Shown piece after piece: positions 26,401 through 38,240 of a stretch of 64,000 nucleotides of DNA (within the stretch, counting starts at the first letter, position 1; each line of letters begins with the position of its first letter). The notes under the pieces are model-generated. The model was given only the letters and a program-made list of their open reading frames with translations. It was not told where the DNA came from and searched no databases. The DNA is from Eutreptiella sp. 'Long Island Sound 2002' (taxonomy: Eukaryota > Protista > Euglenida). The stretch covers positions 125,798,001-125,862,000 of the forward strand of contig OZ038378.1 of assembly GCA_964036045.1 (NCBI GenBank), written 5' to 3'. The translations under genes and the position numbers were made by a program.

Positions 26401-27335
26401 CCCCAAAATAATTGACGCATGCCCATGCGTCAATTATTTGAGGGGTCTAGACCCCCAAAATAATTGACGCACGCCCATGCGTCAATTATTTGACGCATGC
26501 CCGTGCGTCAATTCCTAGGGGGGTTCGGACCCCCAAAAAAATTGACGCAACCCTATGCGTCAATTATTTGGGGGGTGTAGACCCCCAAAATAATTGACGC
26601 ATGCCCATGCGTCAATTATTTGAGGGGTCTAGACCCCCAAAATAATTGACGCACGCCCATGCGTCAATTCTTTGACGCATGCCCGTGCGTCACTTCCTAG
26701 GGGGGTTCGGACCCCCAAAATAATTGACGCAACCCTATGCGTCAATTATTTGGGGGGTGTAGACCCCCAAAAGAATTGACGCATGCCCATGCGTCAAATA
26801 TTTGGGGGGTGTAGACCCCCAAAATAATTGACGCATGCCCATGCTTCAATTATTTGAGGGGTCTAGACCCCCCAAAAAATTGACGCATGCCCATGCGTCA
26901 ATTCCTAGGGGGGTCTAGACCCCCGAAATAATTGACGGAACCCTATGCGGCAATTATTTGAGGGGTCTAGACCCCCCAAATAATTGACACATGCCCATGC
27001 GTCAATTGTTTGGGGGGTGTAGACCCCCAAAAATATTTGACGCATGCCAATGCGTCAATTATTTGACGCATGCCCATGCATCAATTCCTAGGGGGGTCTA
27101 GACCCCCAAAATAATTGAACCATGCCCACGCGTCAATTATTTGAGGGGTCTAGACCCCCAAAATATTTGACGCGTGCCCATGCGTCAATTATTTTGGGGG
27201 TCTGGACCCCCCAAATAAGACCCCTCTAGGAATCAGCGTGTGCCTAGGCGCCAATTCCTAATAGGGGCTACACCCCTCTAGGAATTGGCGCGTGCCCACG
27301 CGCCAATTCCTAAGAGGGGTCTACACCCCTCTGTG
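23440..27335. repeat. 52-bp (with 78-bp variants) satellite made of two alternating palindromes
   Basis: AATAATTGACGCATG-CC-CATGCGTCAATTATT alternates with GGGGTCTAGACCCC; period 52 measured at 24911, 24963, 25015. The ORF track has no ORF of 60 aa or more across most of the array. Confidence 0.97.
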
Positions 27336-27343
27336 AATCAATG

Positions 27344-28010
27344 GGGGGGCGCTATGAAGTCGAGGGGGGGGGGGGGCTATGAAATCGATTGGTGGGGGGG
27401 CTATGAAATTGATAAGGGGGGGGTTATGAAATTGATAGGGCAGGGGGCTATGAAATCGATGGAGGGGTCTATGAAATTGAATGGGGGGAACCTATGAAAT
27501 TGATGGGGGTGGTGCTACGAAATTGATGGGGGGTAGGGCTATGAAATCGATGGGGGGGGGCTATGAAATTGATGGGGGGGGGCTATGTAATGGATGGGGG
27601 GGGGCTATGAAATTGATAGGGGAGCATATGAAATTGATGGGGGGGCTATGAAATGGATGGGGGGGGGCTACAAAATTGATGGGGGAGGGGCTATGAAATT
27701 GATAAAGGGGGGGTTATGAAATTGATAGGGTAGGGGGCTATGAAATCGATGGGGGGGGCTATGAAATTGAATGAGGGGGACCTATGAAATTGATGGGGGT
27801 TGGGCTATGAAATTGATGGGGCGTAGGGCTATGAAATTGATAGCGGGGGGGCTATGAAATTGATGGGGGGGGGGCTATGAAATTGATAGGGTAGGGGCTA
27901 TGAAATTGATAGGGCGGCACATGAAATTGATGGGGCGGGCTATGAAATTGATGGGGGAGGGGCTATGAAATTGATGGGGGAGGGGCTATGAAATTGATTG
28001 GGGGGGCTTC
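27344..28010. repeat. About 20-22 bp G-rich minisatellite GGGGGCTATGAAATTGAT
   Basis: About 30 tandem units with variable G-run length, visible directly. Confidence 0.95.
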
Positions 28011-28321
28011 TAACCAGCTTACGGACCTACGGGGACCTACGGAGACACACCACAACACGGCACGGCATAGCATGGCACACCTGCAAGTTGTGAAATGATT
28101 ATTTTGACTGTTGTCAGTTTTTTTGCATGAAAAGAAACACCTGTGAGACAAAGAAAAGAACACCCTCCCGTACCCGTGACTAAACTCCCCCCCCCCGGCA
28201 GTTCTCTCAAGTCTCCCCCCTCCCGGCTGAAAAACATGTAAAGAAAGGAGAGGCACCCCCCCCCGAAGCAAGGCTTGAAGGAAGGGCACCCCTTCAGTGC
28301 CTACGCTATGTCAACGTGTGC

Positions 28322-28383
28322 GTGCGTGCGCAAGTGTGTGTGTGTGCGCGTGTGTGTATGTGTGTGTGTGTGTGTGTGTGTGG
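28322..28383. repeat. (TG)n microsatellite
   Basis: Direct reading. Confidence 0.9.
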
Positions 28384-28923
28384 GAGAACGTATGCTTATA
28401 AATGCGGCAAATCTGTTGGTTTACTTTGCAATGGTGTATGATGGCCCTACAACGCTAGGGTTGAGGCCACAGAACGAAAATCTACATCTCAGGGGGGGAA
28501 GGGGGAGGTGGGTTTATGGTTAGGGTATTGATGGTCCATAAAGGTCTGATGTCTGATGTCTGATGTCTGATAGCCGACTAGGTCGCTATACACATAGCTG
28601 ATGGATCCCCCCCCCCCCAAACCAAGGGGTAAAATGGTGGACAAACACACAAGGCACCCCGTGGGGGTAAAAACTTTCCAAAGCAACGCCCCTAACTAAC
28701 CCCCCCCCCCAAAAAAAAAGTGCAAACTTTGGTTTAATCAATTAAGTTTTGGCCAAGAATGAAATATATTGCATTTAATTATGGGTCTCTGGGGTGGTGT
28801 CGGCATTAGTCTTGGGGTAGAATCGGGGGGTTATTCCGTGGGTGATTGGTGGCTAGGAGTTGGAGTTTGGAATTCTTCTTCCCCGCACCTCTCCGCACAC
28901 CTTCGCGATGTGCCTCGGCCCCC

Positions 28924-28925
<2 letters not shown>

Positions 28926-28955
<30 letters not shown>
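28926..28955. repeat. (CA)n microsatellite
   Basis: Direct reading. Confidence 0.9.
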
Positions 28956-28958
<3 letters not shown>

Positions 28959-29689
28959 GATATTGCGACTCTGGCGCACCCATCCCCGCTCACACACCTT
29001 GTTTCCTCCTTCCTTAGGACCCCTGTCTTTTTGCAGGTTGTTCATACCACATGGGTGTTATGTTAACAATACGCTTTGAAGGATCAAGGTTACTAGGCCT
29101 GTTAGCCCTCCTTTGCAATCATCCCCCCCCTTGATACAGTGGTATGTGGGGGTGTGGTCTACGGCATTGTGGTGTGGGTGTGTGTGGGTTATGGGGCTGT
29201 GGTGTGTGGGGCTTTGCTGTGTGGGTCTGTGGTCACCCGGGCGCTAGTGTGGGGGGTTGTGTTGTGTGCTGCCCTGGTGTACCGTGCTGTGCGGGGCTTT
29301 GTTGTCTGGTGGTGTGGTCGATGCAGGTGTTGTGTGTGGGGTTGTGTCGTGTGGGGGGAATGCAGTATTGTGATACTTTGTGGTGTGTTATGGGTGAAGA
29401 GAAATAGGGGGGAACTGAAGGGCAGGGTTAATTTTTGGAACGTCTTCTTTCTTTTTGTGCTGTTAATTTTTGGGCATTAATGTCTCATATTTCGAGCGGC
29501 GCTCCAAAAAAAAAATTGACCTCCAAAAAATACAAAACACGGTCGAAAAAATTAACAGAAAGATTGGGGGCATGCGTCAAAGCCTTTTGCCCCCCCCCCC
29601 TCCCCGGATGGGACAGCCCCCAATGGTTATTCTAAACTTGGTGGAGGTGGGGCTTGCACCGGGTCCGTGCAAGGTGGAATACACCGGGG

Positions 29690-29830
29690 CACTGTTGTTG
29701 TTCTTGCTTGTGTTTTTGCTTTGTTGTTGTTGTTGTTGTTGTTGTTGTTTTTGTTGTTGTTGTTGTTGTTGTTCTTGTTGTTGTTCTTGTTGTTGTTGTC
29801 GTTGATGTTGTTGTGGTTGTTGTTGTTGGC
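29690..29830. repeat. (TTG)n microsatellite within a TG-rich cryptic repeat region
   Basis: Direct reading; flanked by GTGGTGTGGGG-type simple sequence (about 29130-30260). Confidence 0.9.
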
Positions 29831-30329
29831 CGCTTTGCCACAGGCGGCGGGGTGTGTGGGGTGTGAGGGGCTATGGGCCGCGGGGTTGTGGTGTGCGGGG
29901 CGGTAGTTTGTGGGGTTGTGGGACGTGGGTGTGTGCTGTGTGGGGAAGTGGCGAATGGTCTTGTGGTCGGTGGAGCTTTGGGTCATGTCGCTGTGGGGTG
30001 TAGGGTGGTGGGGTGTGGGGTGGAGTGGTGTACGGTTGTGGGGTGTGGGGCTTTGGTGTGTGAGGCTCTAGTATCTGAATGTTTGCGGTGTAGGGCTAGC
30101 ATGTGTGCAGATGTGAGGTGGTGGGTGGTGGTTTGCAGGGCTCTCCTGTCTCACGTCGTTATATTTGAGGCAGTGGTGTGTGCGCCACGTGTGTGGGGGG
30201 GGGGGGCATTTGGGCCTGGGAGGTGCGGGCTTCTGGTGTGTAGCAGTGTGTGCCTCCTCCCCCGCCCCGCACCGCCCACCTATTGAATTGGGGCAGGGGG
30301 AAGATAAAGAATGGCTCCACTTGCGCCAT

Positions 30330-30830
30330 CTAGAAAAACAAAAAGGTAACATAGATTTTGTATGTATGAGGGAATTTCCTGAAATTCAGATTTGCAGGCC
30401 AAGGAGATATTTTCCCAGTTGGGAGAAGTTCTTGGACACATGGAACGCAACAGCCAAGAACGTTGAGTTGGGGTCGCGGGTGTCGGCTTCAACCCCCCAA
30501 AGAGCGGCTGCTTTCGGCCGCTACAATCTTGGTTCTGGCACATCTAATTCCATCCCTTTTTAGTGGACACCATCGATAGGAAGAGGCCCCTCACCTTCAT
30601 TTTGCGTGGGGATGCTAACCTTTGTGCCACAGGTAGTTGGAGCCAACTCTCCATTGGGCTGCTCCAGCATGGCACACGGGGCCACACACCCATGTCTTTG
30701 TGGGTGATTGGCATGGCTGTGTGTGATAAAGACATGCAGCAACAATATGGGCCAGAAACCTGTGGGTATTTGGCCGATTTCTTATTGGATTTTTGGGGGG
30801 GTTTGGTGTTAATATGTGCAAGTTAATATC
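30330..30830 (+). pseudogene. Third, more diverged fragment of the RAG1/Transib-like transposase
   Basis: YFPSWEKFLDTWNATAKNVELG and DTIDRKRPLTFILRGDANLCATGSWSQLSIGLLQHG...LWVIGMAVCDKDM align with copies A and B. Confidence 0.75.
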
Positions 30831-31989
30831 CGAAAAAGCGTTGATGTTAAAGACGGAAAAAAATAAAGTTAATGCCAACCTCGAAAACCAATTCAAATTT
30901 CGACCCCAGTTTCTTTTTCTTGGTATTGTTGCCTCTTCATGACTGCAAGAAGTTTGACTGGGCAACATGATGGCTGCTTGGTGCTGTGGTTGATGGGGGG
31001 TGTGCTACCTCTTTCACGTGGTCCATGCTGTGTTTTACATATGAGATGAACAACATCAATGTACCTTTCTCTTTAGTACCGTTCCGAGAAACACATACCA
31101 ACACGCACACACACACACACAGACGATGATAGAGGGATCCCCCTCACCTCGATGCCCTCCAACACACATCCCTGCTGCCTCTCTTCTCTGTCACGTACTT
31201 TTGCCCTTGTGGTCAAGGTTACGGAGGGGATGCCCTTTTCATTTTGGTGGTTTTTATAAGTTTTCGCAGATTTTTGGTGTGTTGTTCGTCGCAACCAGTT
31301 ATGTTACTCCTCCCCTTGCACCCCCCCCCCTTCTTTGCACTATGGTATGTGGGGGTATCGTCTATGGGGCTCAGGGGGGTAAACCCTAACCCAACACACC
31401 ACAACTCCACACCCCATAGCCCAACACACCACACCCTACACACCACAGCCCTGAACACCACAACCCCACACGCTACCCCGCCACACACCAACACGCCGCT
31501 CACGACATTCCCTTCCACCAGAGCCCTTCGCACTGCCCCACAACCCCATAGGCTCTTTGTGTGTGAGGCTATGTTGGGCCATGATGTGTGGGATGTGGTG
31601 TGTCATGTTGTGTTCTAAGGGGCTCTTGTATGTGGGCGTGTCTTGTGTGGGGGCGGTGCAGCATATTGTGCACATGTTTTTGTTGGTGACCCTGTGCCGC
31701 CGCACAACCTGCCCCCCCCCCCCCTTGGCCCCATATAGTTAGGCACAACAGCAATGCCTTGCCCGTGTAACGTGCAGCCTTTTGTTACACATGTGTTTGT
31801 TTGGAATGATTTTTCGGAGCGGTCGAACTAATTTTTCTCACGTTGATGTTCACGATCGAGTTTGCCAATCATTGATATAATGGCCGGGGGAATAGGTACC
31901 CTGTTCGGTTGAGTAGGCAACCCCTGGCGGATGATAAACTTAGGCAATTGCCAGAAGACGGTCTTGGAGACTTTTGTAAGGGAGAAGCA

Positions 31990-32640
31990 GATCATATCAA
32001 CACATCATCCTTTGCGCATCAACAGCAAAACTCAGTATGAAGCTGTATGGAACCGGGCATCGTCGGCCATCGTACACACAACCCGCCTTCGGGTGGGCAG
32101 GCGGTGAATTCGCTGAGGCCTCACAACCCGGGTGGGTAGGCGGGCAAGCAGAGTAAGACAAAAACAATTGTTTATAAATACACATCACACAAGACTACGC
32201 ACCCCGCAAACAACACAATAAAGAAAACTACTGATCGTAAGCGATCTAGAATTTTGAAAACTACCAGCGGAGCATTTAAAGACATCATCCACGGCGCATC
32301 AGCACCGTCTATTGGTATGCAACTGTGTGGAAGTAGATGATCTCGTCGATCGTACACAAAACCCACTTGTGGGTGAACGGGAGGGAATAAAGAATGAATT
32401 TGCGCAGCCCCAAAAACCTAGGTGGGTGGAAAAGCACAGTAAAAAAAAAGTTTATAAAACATAACACACATGCTTAGGCACATCGCAAACAACATATGGA
32501 GCACAGCTACTAATCGTAAGCGACTGTAATTTCGCTAATCACACGCAGAGCATTTGGACACATAATCCTCAGCATATCAACACCGTCTCCATGCTTCAAC
32601 CCGTCACCCGCCCCAAACACCCTATCACAATCACATCGGT
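31990..32640. repeat. Diverged tandem repeat, period about 279 bp
   Basis: CTACT(G/A)ATCGTAAGCGA at 32228 and 32507 with matching flanks. Confidence 0.55.
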
Positions 32641-33539
32641 ACACGGAAAACTAAAATGGAATTGCCGCGGGTCGGGGCCTCAACACGCAATAACGCCACG
32701 CCATACACACATAAACTAAAAGAAAAAACCAAAAAAAATAGTTCAACGACAGGGTTAGGAATCGTTCAATTGAATACGGCAGCAATATCCCATACAACAG
32801 CGGGGGACCCATGTATCCAAGGTTAGGGAACCGGCTATCCATCCGCCTTGTGGTAGTGGGAAAGTTATGTGGTGAGGGGCCATGTGCTACGCACCAAGCT
32901 GCAAGACCCACCTATGGCAGCACATGTGGCCACTGCCCTTCTTAATTATCACGGACCCGTTATAGGTCACCTGGTGCTATCCCCACCAATCCAATGGGAG
33001 ACATCGATTCTTGCCTTGCACAGCATGCTCCGGGCCTCCTCCATGGTGACTCGCACGCCCATGTACATGGGCGCATGGGGGCCGACGTAGATGCGGTGCA
33101 CCAGCAGCCCCGCCAGCACGTGCACAAATTGGTTCAGAGCTTCAGTCCTTAGCATTTTTTGCGCTTGCGAGCAACTGCAACCGGCTTACGCTTTTGTTTG
33201 CCCTTGAGGCGTGTGGGCGAAGCGGCACGGTGCATAGATGGAAATAAGAGGCTAAGGCAGCACATGGACACAAATGCAAGCACCATAGGTTGGAGATTAA
33301 TCCTCCGCTATTACATAGCAGCGTCCGCTACCGGAGTGATTCAAAAAACCAAAATTGTGACAATGAAGCCCCTTAGGCTGGGAAGTCGAACATATCTCAT
33401 TCCCCTAGGCTCGTGGTAGCAAGAAAGGGCCAACCCGAAGGCTCACTGACCGAATGGAAATAGATTTACTTCCCGGCAGCCGCCCCAAGGCCTCCATTCA
33501 CGCATGCACAAAAGCCAATGTCGCCAGCCTATCGCTACG

Positions 33540-34761
33540 GCATGCAGACCCCCGTCTACCACGGATATCTGTAGGATGAAAGCCACCGCGAGCCTAGTGA
33601 ACGTATATCTTATCATACAAGCCCTTGCTCAGCAAGCTCCACAGAAACGGCCGTGACGGATTAAGAGTGCCATCGTCCCCACGAAGCGAGGAGGCGGATG
33701 GTTAGGCCAAGCCATTGCAACGCTGCCGCGCCACCACAGTGCCATGCATGCCTTCAGACTTTCTCCGCCTCCGATCTACGTAGGGAGCATGCTAGGGCAT
33801 ATTGCAAGTAGTGGGTTCCCCGTGGTGAAAAGAGGATTGTTTGTACAGAACCGGTGCATACTTCCTCGGCGAGCTATCATAGCCATGCACGCAGCAATGG
33901 ACCTAAGGCTCGGACCGCTGGCCGCGGGTCATTCTTGACCGTATCAAAAGGGAGCCCCCGGGCTCGGGAGTCTCCCCGTCGCAAGGGCATGGCCTCACCC
34001 AGTGCCAATAGGCACGAGAGAGATAGCACCACCAGCGCAAAGACCGTCCAGTGGCTGCGGGTGGAGAATACTGGTGCGACGAAGCGTAGTCCCTCCAATC
34101 GGATGTGTGGCCCACATGCGCCTCTTTACCTCGGTTGCTGGCCACATCGCCGCACCTTTTTGGGGAACATTCTCGGTATCAAACCCATGGCCTCCCCGGC
34201 CTGTAGGGCGGACAAAGCCACGTGGAGGAAGCTGGTCGCGTGGCCTCGGCCCTAAATGCACAAAAGGTAGCGGCAAGGTGTAATTCCCATATCCGCGACT
34301 AAGTTTATTCCACACCACATGCAAAATTCGTGGTAATGAGTGTAGTGCGTACCCATCGTGCCTGTGGACCATCAGAAAGCGGTCAGGGCGTCATAGCCGT
34401 TCATGGCCCCCGACTTCCAAAATTGCCGCCATGCTCGCCACACCCACAACCAAAACCTTCGTGCATTATGGCCAAAGCCTGCCGGGCGCAAGGGGCTCCA
34501 AGTTCCCCTGCCATGTTGCCCGGGGCGCATATCACCCGACAGCGGGTCACTGATGCGGTTGGTGTCACTCGTTTCCACAAGCCCCGTTCGTACAAGACAG
34601 TCACGCTGGCGTGCGTGCGTCAGTGGGACCGATTGGCGTTTGCAGAACGTGTAATACCTCTTTCCATCTTTCATCAAGGTCTTCTCCGCAAGTGCAAAAA
34701 GCCGTCTACTCAAGTCCTTCACAGGGCTAACCCTTGTGGCTCTTTGTGGCCCTTGTGGCAA
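33540..34761 (-). pseudogene. Degenerate tyrosine recombinase (DIRS/VIPER/TATE/Crypton-type element remnant)
   Basis: AEKTLMKDGKRYYTFCK (N-terminal SAM-like helix); SLSCLLALGEAMPLRRGD...LPFDTVKND (box I region); my translation of about 33560-33680 gives WHS*SVTAVSVELAEQGLV**DIRSLGSRWLS (box II H...G...I..LGRW.S pattern). Heavily decayed. Confidence 0.5.
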
Positions 34762-35109
34762 CCCATCTCCGCACTCTGACGGCGCATCCGAGGAAGACTT
34801 TGATGCTCCTTCGGATTCCTTTTTCTACCAACCGTGCTTGCTCCTGTATGCTGCAACGCTGGCCGTGCCCACGGCCAACATACCCTGGACAAATGAGTTC
34901 AACCCATCAATTTCGGAGTCGTCCGTCCCTTCAACTCTCAGACATCAAAGTCTACATCGTCTGCATCATTGACCCGTAGGGGACTGTCCCAGTCGCCTTA
35001 TGCGACCTTACCCTTCTTATAGTGTGCCGAGACGTATCCATGTTCTTACGTGTTACGGCTGAAGAGCAACGAGAGGGGGCCTAAAGGGAGAATGAAATAT
35101 ATTGGGGCT

Positions 35110-35584
35110 TGTTTTATAGCACCCGAAGACCAAACACTTCTGCCTTAGTCAGGGCCGGAATTGACCGGAACTTCCGTGCCGATTCTGCACTCAGCGTCGC
35201 AATCAACACCTGGAGGGCTAGCAGAAGGTTGGCTTTCGTCTCGTCCTACGCGGTCAGCAAAGAGCATAGCTCCTCGTTCTCCACCGTGGGGGGCATCTGT
35301 GCTGGCTGTGCGCGCTTAAATGACGGGCGACGCACATTCACGTCAACCCGCGCAAAAACCATGTAAACGGCGAGGGTCTCCACAAAAGTCGCAAGCCCTT
35401 CCTTGGAGAAAGCTTGGTTCTTGGCGAAGAGCTCCTCCGACCTACCACCTGTTTCCCCAACCATGCTCTTGGCCATCTCAAGAGTTGCATTGTTGCGCAC
35501 AACTTGCGACATGGGAAGAATATCAATGATATTGCGGCACACGTCCCCTTTACAGAAGATGTCAAAACAAATCGGACTACTCAC
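35110..35584 (-). pseudogene. Unknown ORF upstream of the YR remnant, possibly gag-like
   Basis: ORF 35246-35584 continues in frame past a TAG (DETKANLLLALQVLIATL...). Position is suggestive; no domain recognised. Confidence 0.25.
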
Positions 35585-38240
35585 ACTTGACAGCTAACGT
35601 CTGTTGGGCAATGCCGAGCGTACTTCAATCAGCATCTTGTTCAAACATGTATAAAAGAAAAAAGAATTGTTTACAAAGACACAACACACAATACGAGGCA
35701 CACCACAAACAACACGGTGAGCAAAACTACACATCACAAGCGATGTACACATTCAACTCCATGAGAAGCCAGATGAAGACATGCACATGAAAGAGGAGGG
35801 AGGCATGTTGCCTAGCAGGCTCCACTTGGTTGAGGGAGGTGGGCAACCTCGGTGGCCTTGGACCATGGTGCCCGAGCAAAAGGGGAGGAAGTCACCCAAC
35901 TCGCATCTCGCTAACGAGCGCGGAGACCCGAGAGTCACGCAATCTAGTGGCACCACTGAAGTGCGTAAGCGTAATGCTTGGCTCGAGAGGAATGTCCCGA
36001 GAGAAACACATTACAAGACCGACACAAGCGGAAGGAATGGGGTGGAGTAAGATGGATGCGGGGGGCGGGAAGGGGGGGATGTCCTACATACCCAACCACA
36101 TAGCAATTACACCGCTCTACCATCCCGCTGCACCACAATGTACCACATTACAACCCCTAGAGAAAATGGTATGCGCACCAAAATTACAAACAAGGCTAAC
36201 CTGTTACTTTTGGGGGGTTAATCAATGTACCCTTACATAAATGCAAAAATGAAATTTGACATATTGGTTTTAATCTAGGTCTCCGGGGTTTGTGCTACCT
36301 TCCTACATTGCGCCCGGACAGCCCTCCCATTTGCCATGCAGACAAGTACAGCTTGGCAACATTGTCCCACCAGTCCCTACCAACATGCCTCCATACTCTT
36401 CCTCCCACACGCTTGTTATTGAGTCCAACGTCCTCAAGGCACAAGGCAATGAGAGCCTTGAACCTCCGGCTGCGCATGAATTGCATAGCCACCGAACAGG
36501 CCAACCTAACCTTTCGCTTCCCGTGTGCCTTTCAATTGTTCAATAGGCACTTTGTTACTGCTTTTGCTTGAATGCGGGCGGCATCTAGGATGGGTTGACA
36601 AAAAAAATACAAACAGCCATAGCTATGGACTTGCCAGTGGGGAACACCGCGTCCCGCATGCCCGATATGCCACAAATCGTGACACGTAGCAGTATTTGGA
36701 ACTTGTAGTCGGAAATGTGACAGTTGTCTGGGATGCGTCTGCATATGGCTTCAATCGGGAACACGTCTTCCAACCCGCCATCTGCTTTGTTGCGTGCTCA
36801 ATGCCAACATCATGGGGCTTGAGGACCCTCGGCTTTGCAATTATTACGATTTGCCATTCAAAGGTGTGCCTTGCTACCGGCACACAGGAAGAAAATTGGT
36901 TGCCGGTGAGCAATTGGAGGTATCCTTCACAAGAACGCCAACAAATTGCAGCGCCGCGATGCCTCCTCGGCAACATGCGTGCCATTTGAAGTTCTCCAGC
37001 CCCGTTCCGTGAAATGACCATGCAAAACTTCGCAGGTAGTGGGCGCCTTATGGGTAGAACAACGCTAAAGTATAGACCCGGTCTGATCTAACTCTTCCAA
37101 TTGCCGCAGCCATGCACGCCGCCCCGGACCAAGGGCGTGGACCACTAGCCGCGGGTGATGCTTGACAATACAATAAATAGAGTCCTTACAACTAGGAGCA
37201 ACCACTATGCAATGGCGCTGTTTTCCCCATCCATGGCGGGGAAGCGAAAGACTTGCCCCACAAAAACGGAGCCTGGCGGAAGGCCTTTGAACCACTTGAT
37301 GGATGTTTCCATGGTTCAATCATTTTCCGGTTCTCAATAGTCGTCTTGTGTTTTTGGATCGTTGTTGCCCCCCGTTGCCCTCCAATTCATCGCACTACAA
37401 CCCCCGCTTGCAAAACTATCCCCACCTTCGTCCAATTGCCGCCCCCTACGAGCAGGGCTTGCACTGTCATGCCGCAAGAGAGGCGCGGTGGCCACGTGAG
37501 CCACACGTCCGCAACCGCATGATGGAAAAAAGTTTCCGACAACAAACGGCCCCCAAAATCATCTCAAGGACACAAAAAGTTGGCCCTCAAAATGACCGCA
37601 CCGACGAGGTACATTGCATGGTCATCTTTGTCGTGTGTCATCACGTGGATTGCAAAAGGACATCAAGGTCGAAAATGGAGCTTCGTCCAAAGAACGCCCG
37701 GGAATTCATACATGCGTACCCTAGAGACCCAAATTAAATCCAATGTGTTTCATTTTTGGCCAAAATCTAATTGTTTAAACCAAAATATTACACTTTTTGC
37801 GGGGTTTAGGGACGTCCCTTGGGAAAATCTACAAGGTGCCTTGTGTGTGTGAACCACTTTACGCCTTGGTTTGGGGGGGTTAACCCGTCTTGATGTGTAA
37901 AAATATTAAAATGGCTCTTGGCATTAAAATGTGTGATTAATTTTTGGTTTAAATTTTGTAAATTTGAAAAATTATGTGTCGCCGGAATTAAAATTTAAAA
38001 CAACAAAATTTTAACAAACTTTCCAAAAATGAAACCTCCCTACGCAAGCACAAAAGAAAATAGAACATACCCTTTAGCCTTCGCGGCTCATGTCCTTGGC
38101 CATTCCGGCCATTGTTGCCGTGCTAAACCACCAGGGAGCCCGTTTCCGGGTCCCATAGTGCCGGAGTAGCTTGGGTTTCCCTTCGGAGGTTAGGTGGGTT
38201 AGTGGGGGTATTGGGGTTGGGTTGAGGATTTTTTGGGGGG

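Larger units (their letters stand above)
19702..28600. mobile_element. Non-autonomous hAT-like element (8.9 kb) filled with satellites
   Basis: 8-bp TSD ATGGATCC (19694-19701, 28601-28608). Imperfect TIR CAGnnnTGTGTATA (19702 CAGGGCTGTGTATA; right end reverse complement CAGCTATGTGTATA). (TCTGATG)n near both ends. Copy B shows the equivalent empty site near 37885. Confidence 0.8.
11629..28794 (+). mobile_element. TIR DNA transposon copy A (RAG1/Transib-like transposase) carrying two nested insertions
   Basis: Left end CGCTAGAGGCCTACGCTAAATCCAAT, right end GGGTCTCTGGGG, both flanked by TG (11627-11628, 28795-28796). Homologous in inverted orientation to 37719-41162 from end to end once the insertions are removed. 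Confidence 0.8.

Noticed and set aside
23440-27335. CRISPR-like array (palindromic repeats at regular spacing)
   Set aside because: The intervening sequence is itself a constant palindrome rather than unique spacers, there are no cas genes, and the context is eukaryotic.
29139-30352. Val/Cys/Gly-rich, poly-Asn, poly-Thr and poly-Leu ORFs
   Set aside because: Products of TG-rich simple sequence and (TTG)n; no domain signal.
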